DNA of 63,710 nucleotides, filler included, from Octopus bimaculoides (Eukaryota), in the NCBI RefSeq assembly GCF_001194135.2. It is 5 parts of 5 records of this genome, joined end to end, with 100 filler letters (N's around TTAATTAATTAA, not from the genome) between each part and the next. Parts side by side here need not be neighbours in the genome. Positions count along the whole stretch, not along the records: positions 9,755 to 30,201 come from NC_068982.1; positions 30,302 to 46,406 come from NC_068992.1; 3 more parts are not named here. One strand, given 5' to 3'. The notes below the pieces were generated by a model that saw only the letters and a list, made by a program, of their open reading frames with translations, did no database searches and was not told where the DNA came from. Below, in pieces: positions 23,915 to 36,502 of this stretch. How positions within the stretch are numbered: the stretch's first letter is position 1; each line of letters opens with the position of its first letter. The position numbers and the translations under genes were made by a program.

Positions 23915-24290
23915 TTACTATTTTTATTCTTTTACTTGTTTCAGTCAATTAACTGCAGTCATGCTGGAGCACTGCCTTTAGTCGAAATAATCGACCCAGG
24001 ACGTATTCTTTGTAAGCTTTGTACTTATCCTAGCGGAGTCTTTTGCTGAACCGCCTGGTTACGAAGACGTAAACACACCAACATCGATTGTCAAGCGATC
24101 TTGGGTGGGGACACAGACACACATATATATTTACATATACGACGGGCTCCTTTCAGTTTCGTCTACCAAATCCACTTACAAGGCTTTGATCGGTCCGAGG
24201 CTATAGTAGAAGACACTTGCCCAAGGTGCCACCGAATGGAAATGAACCCGGAACCATGAATTTGGTAAGAAATCTTCTTACCACACAGCC
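23915..24290 (-). mobile_element. Full-length family A SINE (tRNA-like head, short internal microsatellite, tail)
   Basis: Head 24290-24140, (CA/TA) insert about 24113-24140, tail to about 23915 ending in AAAAGA-type repeats. Confidence 0.85.
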
Positions 24291-24633
24291 AGTTTGCGTC
24301 TATATATACATATATATATATATATATATANNNNNNNNNNNNNNNNNNNNNNNNNNNNNNNNNNNNNNNNNNNNNNNNNNNNNNNNNNNNNNNNNNNNNN
24401 NNNNNNNNNNNNNNNNNNNNNNNNNNNNNNNNNNNNNNNNNNNNNNNNNNNNNNNNNNNNNNNNNNNNNNNNNNNNNNNNNNNNNNNNNNNNNNNNNNNN
24501 NNNNNNNNNNNNNNNNNNNNNNNNNNNNNNNNNNTATATACATACATACATACATACATGCGAATTAGGTTCGTCCCATCATCCTAGGAAATTAAGCTGC
24601 ATGGAGATGAGTCACACTGCTATTAAATAGATA

Positions 24634-24683
<50 letters not shown>

Positions 24684-25625
24684 CGTGCGTCTGTGTATGT
24701 GTCTATGTACACGCTTTAGTTTAAATGTAATGCGTCTATGCATTATGTCCGACTGACATTTTACATAAATTGTCAATAACATGCACAGTTAGAATCATGT
24801 AAACAACATACTACATATGACCATAGAGGAACCACGAAATAAAACATATAAAGGGATTTGTTGTGGAATGAACCAAATCAACATTTACTAGATATATGAT
24901 ACGTATGTTTAACATGGATTCACATAAACACGCCAAAAGTTAACGTCATAACGTGAGAATTGATATTGTTTAATACCTTATAGATTTACAATTATGGAAG
25001 ATAAGATAAAACAAAAGAAATTAAGCTTAGCAGCTAATATTTTATCACAAGCAACATGCTTCCAGTGTAACTACTGAACGTGTTGATAGGTGGAACGAAG
25101 AGATTTTGATAGATGTGGTCATGAACGATGACAGTGTACTGTATATTGAAAGCGTTGTGAATTTGTAGTTGAATACAATTCGAATAAACTAACAGCAAGA
25201 TGAATTATTCTAGAAAAGTTATTTGGCATCGTGTATGTAAGACAACACTTTATATCGCCGAGAATGTGATGTTGGTGAAACATGCTGGCATGTTGCCAAA
25301 AGTCTCTGGTTGCAAGTGACATGAGAAGCATAAAGCAAAGGTTTCGTCTTTTTCCCCTTTCCTTGTTATTGATTTTATCTTTCTGAACTTATGGAAAGCG
25401 TAACCCCAAGTACAATGTAAGAGATGCTAACCTATGAATCATTTCAAGAAGGTGAGAAGAACCAGGATTCTTTCGCACTATCGGGTTGAACTACATGCCG
25501 ATGTGTTCATCAGCAGTAGTGATCACATTTTGCATTTACATTTGATATTTAAGTGAGAGTTAATATAATATCGTCAAATCGTTTTTGAAGATAGAATGTC
25601 AAGATATATTCAAATGGCTGAAGAG

Positions 25626-25693
<68 letters not shown>

Positions 25694-26274
25694 AGTCACA
25701 CACACAGACATACGCACACACACGTGTTCGTATATATATTTATATATACATATATATTTACATACATACACACATGCATACATATGTACATATATCTATA
25801 AACATAGAAAATGGACATATAGAATTTAATGAAAAAATTATTATCAGCAAATATCAAACAGTCTCTTACAGCTGTTTCAATTAAGCTCAAAAGATTAAAT
25901 AGCAATTATTAAAATCATCACATTAGGCAAACTCTCTTCAAAGGGGTAGAAAAAAGATATACCGTTAGGTTTTTTATGTGTTAATTTTAGAATCATAACT
26001 GCCGACTGCTGTGATGATTTTTGATGATAATAATTTTTTTATTAAATGCTATATCTTCATTTTCTTTCTTTTGAATGATTATAAATCATGGCTTATATAT
26101 AATCCTATGCTTTTATGAATATTATTATTCACAACAAATATTGGGTATTGAAACAGTAATTCATTGGATGATACCTTCGCTTAATGTGGTTAATTTAATA
26201 TCCAATTGAATATATATATACAGGTATGTACATATATGTATGTATACATGCATATGCTTATTTATCATTTGTAT

Positions 26275-26327
<53 letters not shown>

Positions 26328-26348
26328 GTATATATATATATATAATAC

Positions 26349-26488
26349 AGGCATGTATGGGTACAGAACGTCACCAACGGTGCAAATAACATAAAATACG
26401 TAAGCAAGCGAGCGAAAAACGAGTGAAATACATAAGCAACGCAAAAAGGGAAAACAAGACACGTAAACACAAAGAAGGGACTTTTCAT
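26349..26488. mobile_element. Repeat family D fragment (Penelope-like terminal-repeat type, tentative)
   Basis: ATGGGTACAG.ACGTCACCAAC…AAAACAAGAC…CTTTTCAT, homologous to 35405-35560 and 48525-48650. Confidence 0.55.
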
Positions 26489-27430
26489 NNNNNNNNNNNN
26501 NNNNNNNNNNNNNNNNNNNNNNNNNNNNNNNNNNNNNNNNNNNNNNNNNNNNNNNNNNNNNNNNNNNNNNNNNNNNNNNNNNNNNNNNNNNNNNNNNNNN
26601 NNNNNNNNNNNNNNNNNNNNNNNNNNNNNNNNNNNNNNNNNNNNNNNNNNNNNNNNNNNNNNNNNNNNNNNNNNNNNNNNNNNNNNNNNNNNNNNNNNNN
26701 NNNNNNNNNNNNNNNNNNNNNNNNNNNNNNNNNNNNNNNNNNNNNNNNNNNNNNNNNNNNNNNNNNNNNNNNNNNNNNNNNNNNNNNNNNNNNNNNNNNN
26801 NNNNNNNNNNNNNNNNNNNNNNNNNNNNNNNNNNNNNNNNNNNNNNNNNNNNNNNNNNNNNNNNNNNNNNNNNNNNNNNNNNNNNNNNNNNNNNNNNNNN
26901 NNNNNNNNNNNNNNNNNNNNNNNNNNNNNNNNNNNNNNNNNNNNNNNNNNNNNNNNNNNNNNNNNNNNNNNNNNNNNNNNNNNNNNNNNNNNNNNNNNNN
27001 NNNNNNNNNNNNNNNNNNNNNNNNNNNNNNNNNNNNNNNNNNNNNNNNNNNNNNNNNNNNNNNNNNNNNNNNNNNNNNNNNNNNNNNNNNNNNNNNNNNN
27101 NNNNNNNNNNNNNNNNNNNNNNNNNNNNNNNNNNNNNNNNNNNNNNNNNNNNNNNNNNNNNNNNNNNNNNNNNNNNNNNNNNNNNNNNNNNNNNNNNNNN
27201 NNNNNNNNNNNNNNNNNNNNNNNNNNNNNNNNNNNNNNNNNNNNNNNNNNNNNNNNNNNNNNNNNNNNNNNNNNNNNNNNNNNNNNNNNNNNNNNNNNNN
27301 NNNNNNNNNNNNNNNNNNNNNNNNNNNNNNNNNNNNNNNNNNNNNNNNNNNNNNNNNNNNNNNNNNNNNNNNNNNNNNNNNNNNNNNNNNNNNNNNNNNN
27401 NNNNNNNNNNNNNNNNNNNNNNNNNNNNNN

Positions 27431-27462
<32 letters not shown>

Positions 27463-27974
27463 GTATATACATACATACGTACGTGCATGCATACACACAC
27501 ATACATATGTATGCATGTTTGTATGTGTATATATATATATACGGAGAGAAGAAGATATTCTTAGACCGGAAGACCGGCCTAAAATGTAGCTAGATACACC
27601 CATGGACAAGGTGAGGTTATTAAACAGGGTTACGTTTTATATATTGAGGAGTTAAATACGAAACGGAAGACCATAGTGAACGGATTTCATACAACTCTAA
27701 AACAAAACAATTGTATAACATAAGTGCTATTAGGAGAGCTAATGAACAGTTTGGCATAGATATTAGGCTTCAGTTATTGCTCAACAAAAAATAGATTGAT
27801 ACTGCACACAGCTATTATTAATGCCCTGCGTAAGAGGTCCATGGTAAAGTAATTGTAGCGTTCCTAAAAAACAAGTGATAGTAAAAATCTATGTTATAAG
27901 TCAAAGCACGTTGACAAATATGAGACTAGGACCGTTCATTAAGAAAGATGAGGCTTCTTAGAAGCAAAGCTGGG

Positions 27975-28855
27975 AAGTTTTCAATTCTTTCTTTCATTTC
28001 TTCCTTTCATTCTTCCTTTCTTTCTTTCTTTCTTTCTTCCTTCTCTTTTTACTCTCCCCTCCCCTTCCTCCCCTTCCTCCCCCACCTCATCTTCCTTTTC
28101 CTCGTCCACTTCCTACTCCTCCACTTCCTCTTTTTCCTCCTCCACTTCATCTTCATCTTCGCCTTCTTCTTCCTCCTCCCCTCCTCTTCAACTTCCCCTT
28201 CCTCCTGCCCTTCCTCCTGCCCTTCCTCCTGCCCTTCCCCCTGCCATTCCTCCTCCTTCTCCCCTTTCCATTTCCCCCTTCCCCACCTCGAAATCACCTT
28301 CCTCATCATCCCCTCCCTCATCTCCTTCCTCCTCTCATTCCTCATCTCCTTCCTCAACTCCCTCCTCCCCTCAACTATCTCCTCTCCTCAACTCCCTCCT
28401 CCCCTCAACTCCCTCCTCCCCTCAACTCCCTCCTGCCCTAAACTCCCCTACACACTCCCCCTCCACTTCCTCCGCCTCCTCTTCTTCATTTTCTAGTTCC
28501 ACTTTCTCCTTTTTCTTTTTTCTCCCTTCCTTCTCCTCCCTTTTTGCTTCCTCCTCATTTTTCTTCTTTCTCCCTTCGTCCTCCTCCTCCCTTTTCCTTC
28601 CTTCTCCTCCTCCACTTCTTTTTCTTCTTCCTTCATTTCCTCCTACTTTTTCTTCTTTCTCCCCTCCTCCTCCTCCTCCATCCTTTTCCCTTCTTCCACC
28701 TCCTCCCTTTTATTCTTCCTCCTTTTCCGTTTTTCTTCTTCTTCTTCTTCTTCTTCTTCTTCTTCTTCTTCTTCTTTTTCTTTTTCTTCTTCTTCTTCTT
28801 CTTCTTCTTCTTCTTCTTCTTCTTCTTCTTCTTCTTCTTCTTCTTCTTCTTCTTC
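27975..28855. repeat. Polypyrimidine low-complexity tract ending in (TTC)n
   Basis: Nearly all C/T on the + strand. Confidence 0.93.
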
Positions 28856-30064
28856 ACGTGGATCTTAAGGAATCAGTAGTGCATCCCTTATTGATCACAC
28901 GTATGAAAACTGTTTGGAATAGAAACCACACCGAAATATCAAAGCAAGCAGCATGCTAGAATCAGTTGTGGATTTACACAGAGAAAAAAAAGTGGGGGAC
29001 GAGATCAACAATGGCATATTAAGAGACAGGAAAAAAAACAAGAAACAAACATCAATACAGAACCACATTAGAAGAAAGGACGCCTAAAACTGAAGGGCAA
29101 ACAGAAAGGTTGATCCGCCTGTACCCCTCCCACAACAGCAATTTGCAATAACACATCACAGACAAGTGCATTTTCGCAGTTATTGTGTCAGCAAACGCAT
29201 ACAGCCATAACCACACAGAACACACTTGTTAGTTCACACCACTCTCACCCATATCCGACGCTACTTCACATAATAAAGATGGTGACGATGTTAGTACTTT
29301 ATTTTTGTATTTTAAATCTTTATTTTCTTTCGCTCTTCGGTAATGTGGTAATATTTATTACATAGTTTACTTCTCCATAATATTTCATACTTGCTGTTAT
29401 TGGTTATATAATGGCGTAATTCTGTTAGTCTAAATGCTTCTGTGTGAAATATAACGACATATTTCATTCTTACTGTATTCCACTTCATTCATCACTTTCC
29501 CTTTCACAAAATATGCTTCTTCTTACTCTGCCCACTCGATTAATGAATACGTATAGGCTCCATACCGAGAACACATTCATCAATTATCAAAATATTTGTT
29601 TGTTTGGTACTGTCTATAATATGTTTTATAGTTATGTTAGCGAACATGCTGTTGAATTAACTAAGTATGGCAATGTATTGTAAGTATATTTCTCTAGTGG
29701 TATTGTTTATATCTATTTGCTCTCGGGTTGCTGGTACTGCTCACATCTTCCCAATACCATTGTTATTTGATGTTGCCATAGATGGTATATTTGTTAATAA
29801 TGATAGAGTAAATTTATTTGTTGTGAGTAGGGGAAGGCTTCTCATTTTACTATTTGCTTTGTTTAATAAAGATAAGTTAGAAAATTATAATTTTAGATAT
29901 GACACTTAAACGCAAGCATATCTCTTTCTTGCTCAAACTCTCTCGCTCTTCCCACCTCTACGTGCGTGTGTGTGTGTGTGCATATACATACTTACATACA
30001 TAATACATACATACATACATACATACATATGTACATACATACATACATACATACATATATCGAC

Positions 30065-30200
30065 ATAAGAGACCGATAGAATAAGTACTAGGCTTACAAA
30101 GAATAAGTCCTGGGGTCGATTTGTTCGACTAAAGACGGTGCTCCAGGATGGCCGTAGTCAAATGACTGAAACAAGTAAAAGAGTGAAGAGTAAAGAGTAT
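30065..30200 (+). mobile_element. Family A SINE tail (5'-truncated at a (TACA)n tract)
   Basis: GAGACCGATAGAATAAGTACTAGGCTTACAAAGAATAAGTCCTGGGGTCGAT…GAAACAAGTAAAAGAGTGAAGAGTAAAGAGTA. Confidence 0.85.
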
Positions 30201-30309
30201 ANNNNNNNNNNNNNNNNNNNNNNNNNNNNNNNNNNNNNNNNNNNNTTAATTAATTAANNNNNNNNNNNNNNNNNNNNNNNNNNNNNNNNNNNNNNNNNNN
30301 NATATATAT

Positions 30310-30810
30310 ATATATATATACAAAAACAAATAGTAAATGAGTATATGCATATATACGTACAGGTATGTGCATACCGACATCCACCTGTATGTATAGGTGC
30401 ATATCTAGGTACGGGACATTGCAAACAAAACGTAGACGAGAAGACACACAAGCCACATAGAGACCATTCTTCTTCATCAGCTACCCCCGTTTTAACACCG
30501 GCGTTTCGAAGAGCTGGGTAGGACGCATCGTTAAAACGGCTCTTCCCAATGGACCGCAAATTAAATTTTTATACACAAATTAAACCTTGCCATGGAGGAA
30601 TGTAGTGGCGGACAAAAAACAAGACAGGAAAACAAACAAAAATTGCTATACGGCCAGACGGGAAAAATTATGTGTATGAACGCTGTGAGGCACGAACTTG
30701 AAAGTGGGGACGAATAAGTTCGCGTGTTTGTTCGGCGAAATCCAAGGAAGAAATGGATTATTGACCGGAAGCATGTGACCATGCCGGTGTAAGGGGAAGA
30801 GAGAGAGAGT
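30310..30810 (-). mobile_element. Repeat family G fragment (Penelope-like, tentative)
   Basis: 30315-30480 aligns with 62775-62940 (TAAATGAGTATATGCATATATACGTACA…GGTAC.GGAC.TTGCAAA…CTTCATCAG). Confidence 0.6.
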
Positions 30811-31248
30811 GGTATATATATATATATATATATATATGCGTGTGTATGTGTTTGTGCATGTACGTCTATATATTTATATCCCATCCTACTGTGGCCCTAG
30901 CCAATTTGTTGAATTATGTATTATTACCATCTCTAGGCTTTCGGGTTGTTGGCTTCAAGTGACTTCTCTAAACATCACTGGTCATCAGTTACAAGTTACA
31001 GTCATGCTTTTCTTTCCATATTTTATACATAGATTTTATTTACTAACTTCGCATTCGATATTTTACTTTATCATGGTGAATTGAAGCTAAACAGCCAAAA
31101 AGAATAAAGATGAAAGTAGTACGTAATTCAGCAGATGTGGCTAGAGTCGTATAAGGAAGGCACAGAAATCTGAACAATCCTTTTCTTTCATTTATTTTAA
31201 CCCATTGACTGACTTCATACACTATAAGGTAAAAGCCATCTTCAGTTT

Positions 31249-31607
31249 TATTACCTCCACCTTCACTAAGGCGGAGGTATTGTTGTTAGTCGTTTTTGTT
31301 TGTTTGTTTGACTGTGGTCAAGATATTTCAAGAACCCCAGGACCAATTCGAATGAAACTTTCAGGGTTGTTTGGCTTTGTGCATGGCATCAACGTGTCAG
31401 ATTTTGGTATCAATCTGGTATCGGACAAGGATTCTGGATTTGTTTTTACAAACTTTTTGAGAGCGGTCGGGTTCTTGTTTAGTATTTTCGTTTGTGAGAG
31501 CAGCCGAGTTTATTTCAGATATTCTCATCCTAAAAATCATCTCCGGCTAATCATTGAAAGGACCTTGGTGTTGCCTTGGAGGTTTGCGCTCTCTGTGTGC
31601 TCTTGTT
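31249..31607 (+). mobile_element. Non-autonomous Helentron/HINE-like element
   Basis: 5' TTATTACCTCC with a hairpin at 31252-31279 (11/12 bp), a GTTT microsatellite, internal ACCAATTCGAATGAAACTT, and 3' CCTTGGAGGTTTGCGCTCTCTG.GTGCT.TTGTT. This resembles Helentron-type repeats as I recall them; the match is unverified. Confidence 0.6.
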
Positions 31608-32155
31608 ATATTTGCTTTTATTTTACTTTTCCCTATTACTTAAATAGGGAAAATTTTATTTTTATTGTGAATACCAAGAATGGCTTTTATACTGTTATTA
31701 TTGTTGCTACTGTTATTGTGATATATGTTTCATTTGTTCTTGCATCAGTACAACAAAGTGTATCGCCAAGAATTTAATAAACTGATTGGTGAAGAGTATA
31801 GAATATCATATATCTACGGAAATTCAGTAAAATTCGACAGTGCTTCATCGCAGTCCCCCCGAGGAAGTGCTCACACACAGATGTTTCTTTAAAATATTCA
31901 ATAACATAGTAATTATAAAGTTTAATCTTGTATAAATGTATAGGAATGTATGCTCAGCAACTCAATTCTGGTGGCCCGTAGAGAAACAAACGTCAGGGTT
32001 TGCTATTAAGGTCTGGTATTTTCTATCCTCGTGTTGTAGTATTCTCATATGTATGTATGTGTTATGCATGTATGTATGTATGTATGTATGTATGTATGTA
32101 TGTATGTATGCTTGTATGTATAGATGGATGGATGTATCTATCTATCTGTCTACGT

Positions 32156-32225
<70 letters not shown>

Positions 32226-34364
32226 AAAAAGACGAGATTATAAATTTATAGAATGCATGTTCTTTTATATGTTGTGTTGTTGGTGAGAAGTATTTCTTCG
32301 TTTCTTACATATTGTTTTTTTTTTTCTGGGGCTGTGCATATGTTTCAACTATTTTGTTTATATTTGATGTTTCTATTTATTATAATAAGCATTGTTAAAA
32401 CAATGGACTTACTAATCTAATGTTTCACCCATGCTGCTTGTCTAGTCACTTGTAATTTGCTTTTATGTTTATTACGCTGTTGAAATCACCGAATTGATTG
32501 CTAATGCTCAGTTGATAAATGCATGATGACATCTGTTAGGTTGTTGAAAATGGATATATTTGTATCATATTATTTGTGAATCTTTTATAACTTGAAGTCT
32601 CGTTATTTGAAGGTACCTTCTATTCTTGTAAATCTGAATACATTTATGCGTTCATGGACTACCGTAATTACATATAATGATGTTTTGTAACTGCTCTGAT
32701 GGATAATCTGTTACGCTAGAATAATATATAGTTACTGAGTTTTAGTGTTGAGAGGGCATATCATAAGTATGTAAATGTATACAAACATTTATACAAAGAT
32801 TTCATTGAATGCATTTATTTACATAAATACACACAGAGATTATTTGCAGACGATGTTAAGCTTAATGTCAGATTTTTATCTAGTTACGTTTATTTCGCTG
32901 GAGATGAGATGCTTATCAATTCGTGTTGTTGAGAGGTGGGAAAATATTTGAGTTCGTCGAAGATGAAGAGATTCTTTTAAACTAGATGCTTGCCTTCTCT
33001 TTTCTGGAAACTCTGTGATGCTTGTCTGCAACCTCTGCTTTATCTCAGACATTTAGAATTGTTAATCTCCACGATTACATTCCTGAATATATATTTGCCG
33101 GGATATTGCGTTGAAAATTCCATTGAAATCACATGTTCATACGATTGTACTTATATGAATGGGTGGAATACTGGTTAAAAATTAACTGTGATATCAAGTC
33201 TACGAATTCCAAATATCGCAAAACGTACACCGCTACCTGTAAGTACAACAGGATACCCGCGGACGAAAATAATAAGATTGAAACGGAAATTATATAAGGC
33301 AAAAGAAGAATGTATAAAGCGTGTCTATTGGTAGATGAAAACTAGCAGAAATGAAAAGTGAAATGCAAGGCTGAAATATAGCATTGGACAGAAAGTTATT
33401 TGGTGAAAATTGTAGGTGAAGATTGCAGGGTGAATTTGATGTCAACAGCAATATAACTAATTGCTATAGGTTGTAGAATAGTATATTTATACTCGAGTAA
33501 AGTTTAAATTTTAAAACGCTACCTACCAATACAACAAAGAAATAAAGAATTAACATATAAAATAAAAAAAAGCAAAGGGCATCCAAGTTTAAATTGGTGC
33601 AAACAAATCAACTTGCTCATAATTAAGGATGTCATGAAAGTATAATCGTGATGAAATTCGAAACATATTCAAAAATAGAAATGGTCCGTATAATGTCTTT
33701 CACAGAATACAAAGTTATAAGAACAATGAATTTTTTATGCTCTGGTTGTGTGTGTTGCATGAAACTGTGAAACATATTGTGGATGTGTAAAACTGTTTAA
33801 ACCTATTGTGTATGGATCAAATAAAGTGAGGATTTATAGAGGAGAATAACTAACAGCGAGACGCAGAAAACATGGTTTGTGTTACTTTTGTGTGAAATTG
33901 AATGTGGAATGTATGTAATTCAAAGTATACATAAATGTATGAAATAATGTTGCTCATGTACACCAAATTTGAGTGATTTAAGAAAACTGCAACAACATGA
34001 TGCGAAAAGCATTGCAAGTGAGCATTGAGTAACTCTTCAACAAGATCACCGTCTAGTGAGAACAACGCGGAATTACTCATCCGAGGAATTTTCAGAATGA
34101 CTAACAACTAAGACCAATTTAAATCATGTAGAAACGCTGATCTTAAGAAAAGATAGTTACACCTTATTAACCAATCGAAATATTTTAACCTTTTGTTGAC
34201 TATAACAACTTCGTTTCTAGGAGTGAGTGTATAATATTTTGAATGGGTATCATTGTATTTTTTAGATGTATTCATATGTTTATATATGCATATACACATG
34301 TATACATATACATATATATACATATATACATATATATGCATATATATGTATATATACATATTTA

Positions 34365-34421
<57 letters not shown>

Positions 34422-35368
34422 NNNNNNNNNNNNNNNNNNNNNNNNNNNNNNNNNNNNNNNNNNNNNNNNNNNNNNNNNNNNNNNNNNNNNNNNNNNNNNN
34501 NNNNNNNNNNNNNNNNNNNNNNNNNNNNNNNNNNNNNNNNNNNNNNNNNNNNNNNNNNNNNNNNNNNNNNNNNNNNNNNNNNNNNNNNNNNNNNNNNNNN
34601 NNNNNNNNNNNNNNNNNNNNNNNNNNNNNNNNNNNNNNNNNNNNNNNNNNNNNNNNNNNNNNNNNNNNNNNNNNNNNNNNNNNNNNNNNNNNNNNNNNNN
34701 NNNNNNNNNNNNNNNNNNNNNNNNNNNNNNNNNNNNNNNNNNNNNNNNNNNNNNNNNNNNNNNNNNNNNNNNNNNNNNNNNNNNNNNNNNNNNNNNNNNN
34801 NNNNNNNNNNNNNNNNNNNNNNNNNNNNNNNNNNNNNNNNNNNNNNNNNNNNNNNNNNNNNNNNNNNNNNNNNNNNNNNNNNNNNNNNNNNNNNNNNNNN
34901 NNNNNNNNNNNNNNNNNNNNNNNNNNNNNNNNNNNNNNNNNNNNNNNNNNNNNNNNNNNNNNNNNNNNNNNNNNNNNNNNNNNNNNNNNNNNNNNNNNNN
35001 NNNNNNNNNNNNNNNNNNNNNNNNNNNNNNNNNNNNNNNNNNNNNNNNNNNNNNNNNNNNNNNNNNNNNNNNNNNNNNNNNNNNNNNNNNNNNNNNNNNN
35101 NNNNNNNNNNNNNNNNNNNNNNNNNNNNNNNNNNNNNNNNNNNNNNNNNNNNNNNNNNNNNNNNNNNNNNNNNNNNNNNNNNNNNNNNNNNNNNNNNNNN
35201 NNNNNNNNNNNNNNNNNNNNNNNNNNNNNNNNNNNNNNNNNNNNNNNNNNNNNNNNNNNNNNNNNNNNNNNNNNNNNNNNNNNNNNNNNNNNNNNNNNNN
35301 NNNNNNNNNNNNNNNNNNNNNNNNNNNNNNNNNNNNNNNNNNNNNNNNNNNNNNNNNNNNNNNNNNNN

Positions 35369-35401
<33 letters not shown>

Positions 35402-35404
35402 GCA

Positions 35405-35935
35405 TATATGGGTACAGGACATCACAAAACATAAACAACATGAAATACCAAAACATCAACTCCGAAATAGGAATAGTATGAAACATGAAGACACACATGT
35501 TTTTGCAAACAAAGAAACAAATGGAAAACAAGACAAGTAACATAACGAACGACCCTTCATCAGTTGTTGGCTGTTTATGTACTCCAGATTTCGAGCAATT
35601 CACGATATTATCTGTCTTCGAGAAAACAGTTGCTCCCGCAAAAGAAAATAATAGTTGGGATTTTGCGGAGGGTCAATGTTGTTAACAAAAAGAGTTACAG
35701 TGAAACAAATACTGAGGGCTGCTATGCTAGACGGGTGAAGGTGTGGAACGCTGAGGAAAATTATTTGACAAGAGAAAGGATAGTAGAAGAGACAGACAAG
35801 AATACGTCTGGTCTGTGCAACAGAGCGGAAGAAAAGAAAGATGAACACGTTTGGAAAAAAAAAGATGGACGATGGTCACATGTGAGCAACGAGAGAGTAA
35901 ATGAAAAAGAGGGAGAGAGAGAGAGAGAGAGCGGA
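35405..35935. mobile_element. Repeat family D, longest copy
   Basis: GGGTACAGGACATCAC…AACGACCCTTCATCAG…GA-rich end. An inverted partial copy lies at 36335-36435. Confidence 0.65.
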
Positions 35936-36450
35936 GACAGATAGAAAATGGTGAAAGGGAGGAAAAAGCACCAGGTGAAGGAAGAGAGAGAGCAACTATT
36001 GAAAAGGTTGCTAGACACAACGAAAATTTCATAAAAATAAATAGGTAAATGAACGAAAATTTTACCGGTGGGTATGTTAAATTATAAGGCACTAAATGGG
36101 AATGACTCTCCCCAGACACAACAGAATATAAAAATATAATTATAACAAAGGGCGTGGATTGGGAGAGCACCTGCACGCTAGAAATGGATCTCAAAGGACT
36201 ACAAATTATTTACATGGTTAATAGTTTTTGACGTCTATTTCTAGCACACAGGGGCTGGCCTCAAGCACCTTTTATTATAAATTTATCATAATTGTATTCT
36301 TATAATTATTGATGAGGGGTCGTTTTTTATGCTACTTTTCCTGCTTTTCATTTGTTTCGTGCGTATTCAAACCCTTTGTTTTCGTATTTGATATTGTTTA
36401 CTGTTTGTGACGCTCTGTACCCATATATGCGTATACATATGTATATAAAT

Positions 36451-36498
<48 letters not shown>

Positions 36499-36502
<4 letters not shown>

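Noticed and set aside
27948-28879. Lys/Glu/Arg-rich and Phe/Ser/Pro-rich ORFs
   Set aside because: They come from a polypyrimidine low-complexity tract that is open in several frames on both strands.
30472-30547. Firm call as an HDV-like ribozyme or type II hammerhead
   Set aside because: The topology is suggestive, but P3, P1.1 and the catalytic C (HDV) and stem I (hammerhead) cannot be formed in this copy. It is kept only as an unclassified motif.
33850-34107. 85-aa minus-strand ORF as a host exon (also 9357-9470, 32900-33090, 43270-43500)
   Set aside because: No recognisable domain or consistent splice phase. A homology search or RNA-seq would be needed.
34243-35603. Long ORFs of 300-420 aa listed in the ORF track (also 2392-3237, 8027-9281, 26258-27609)
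   Set aside because: They are open only because they run through N gaps and dinucleotide repeats.
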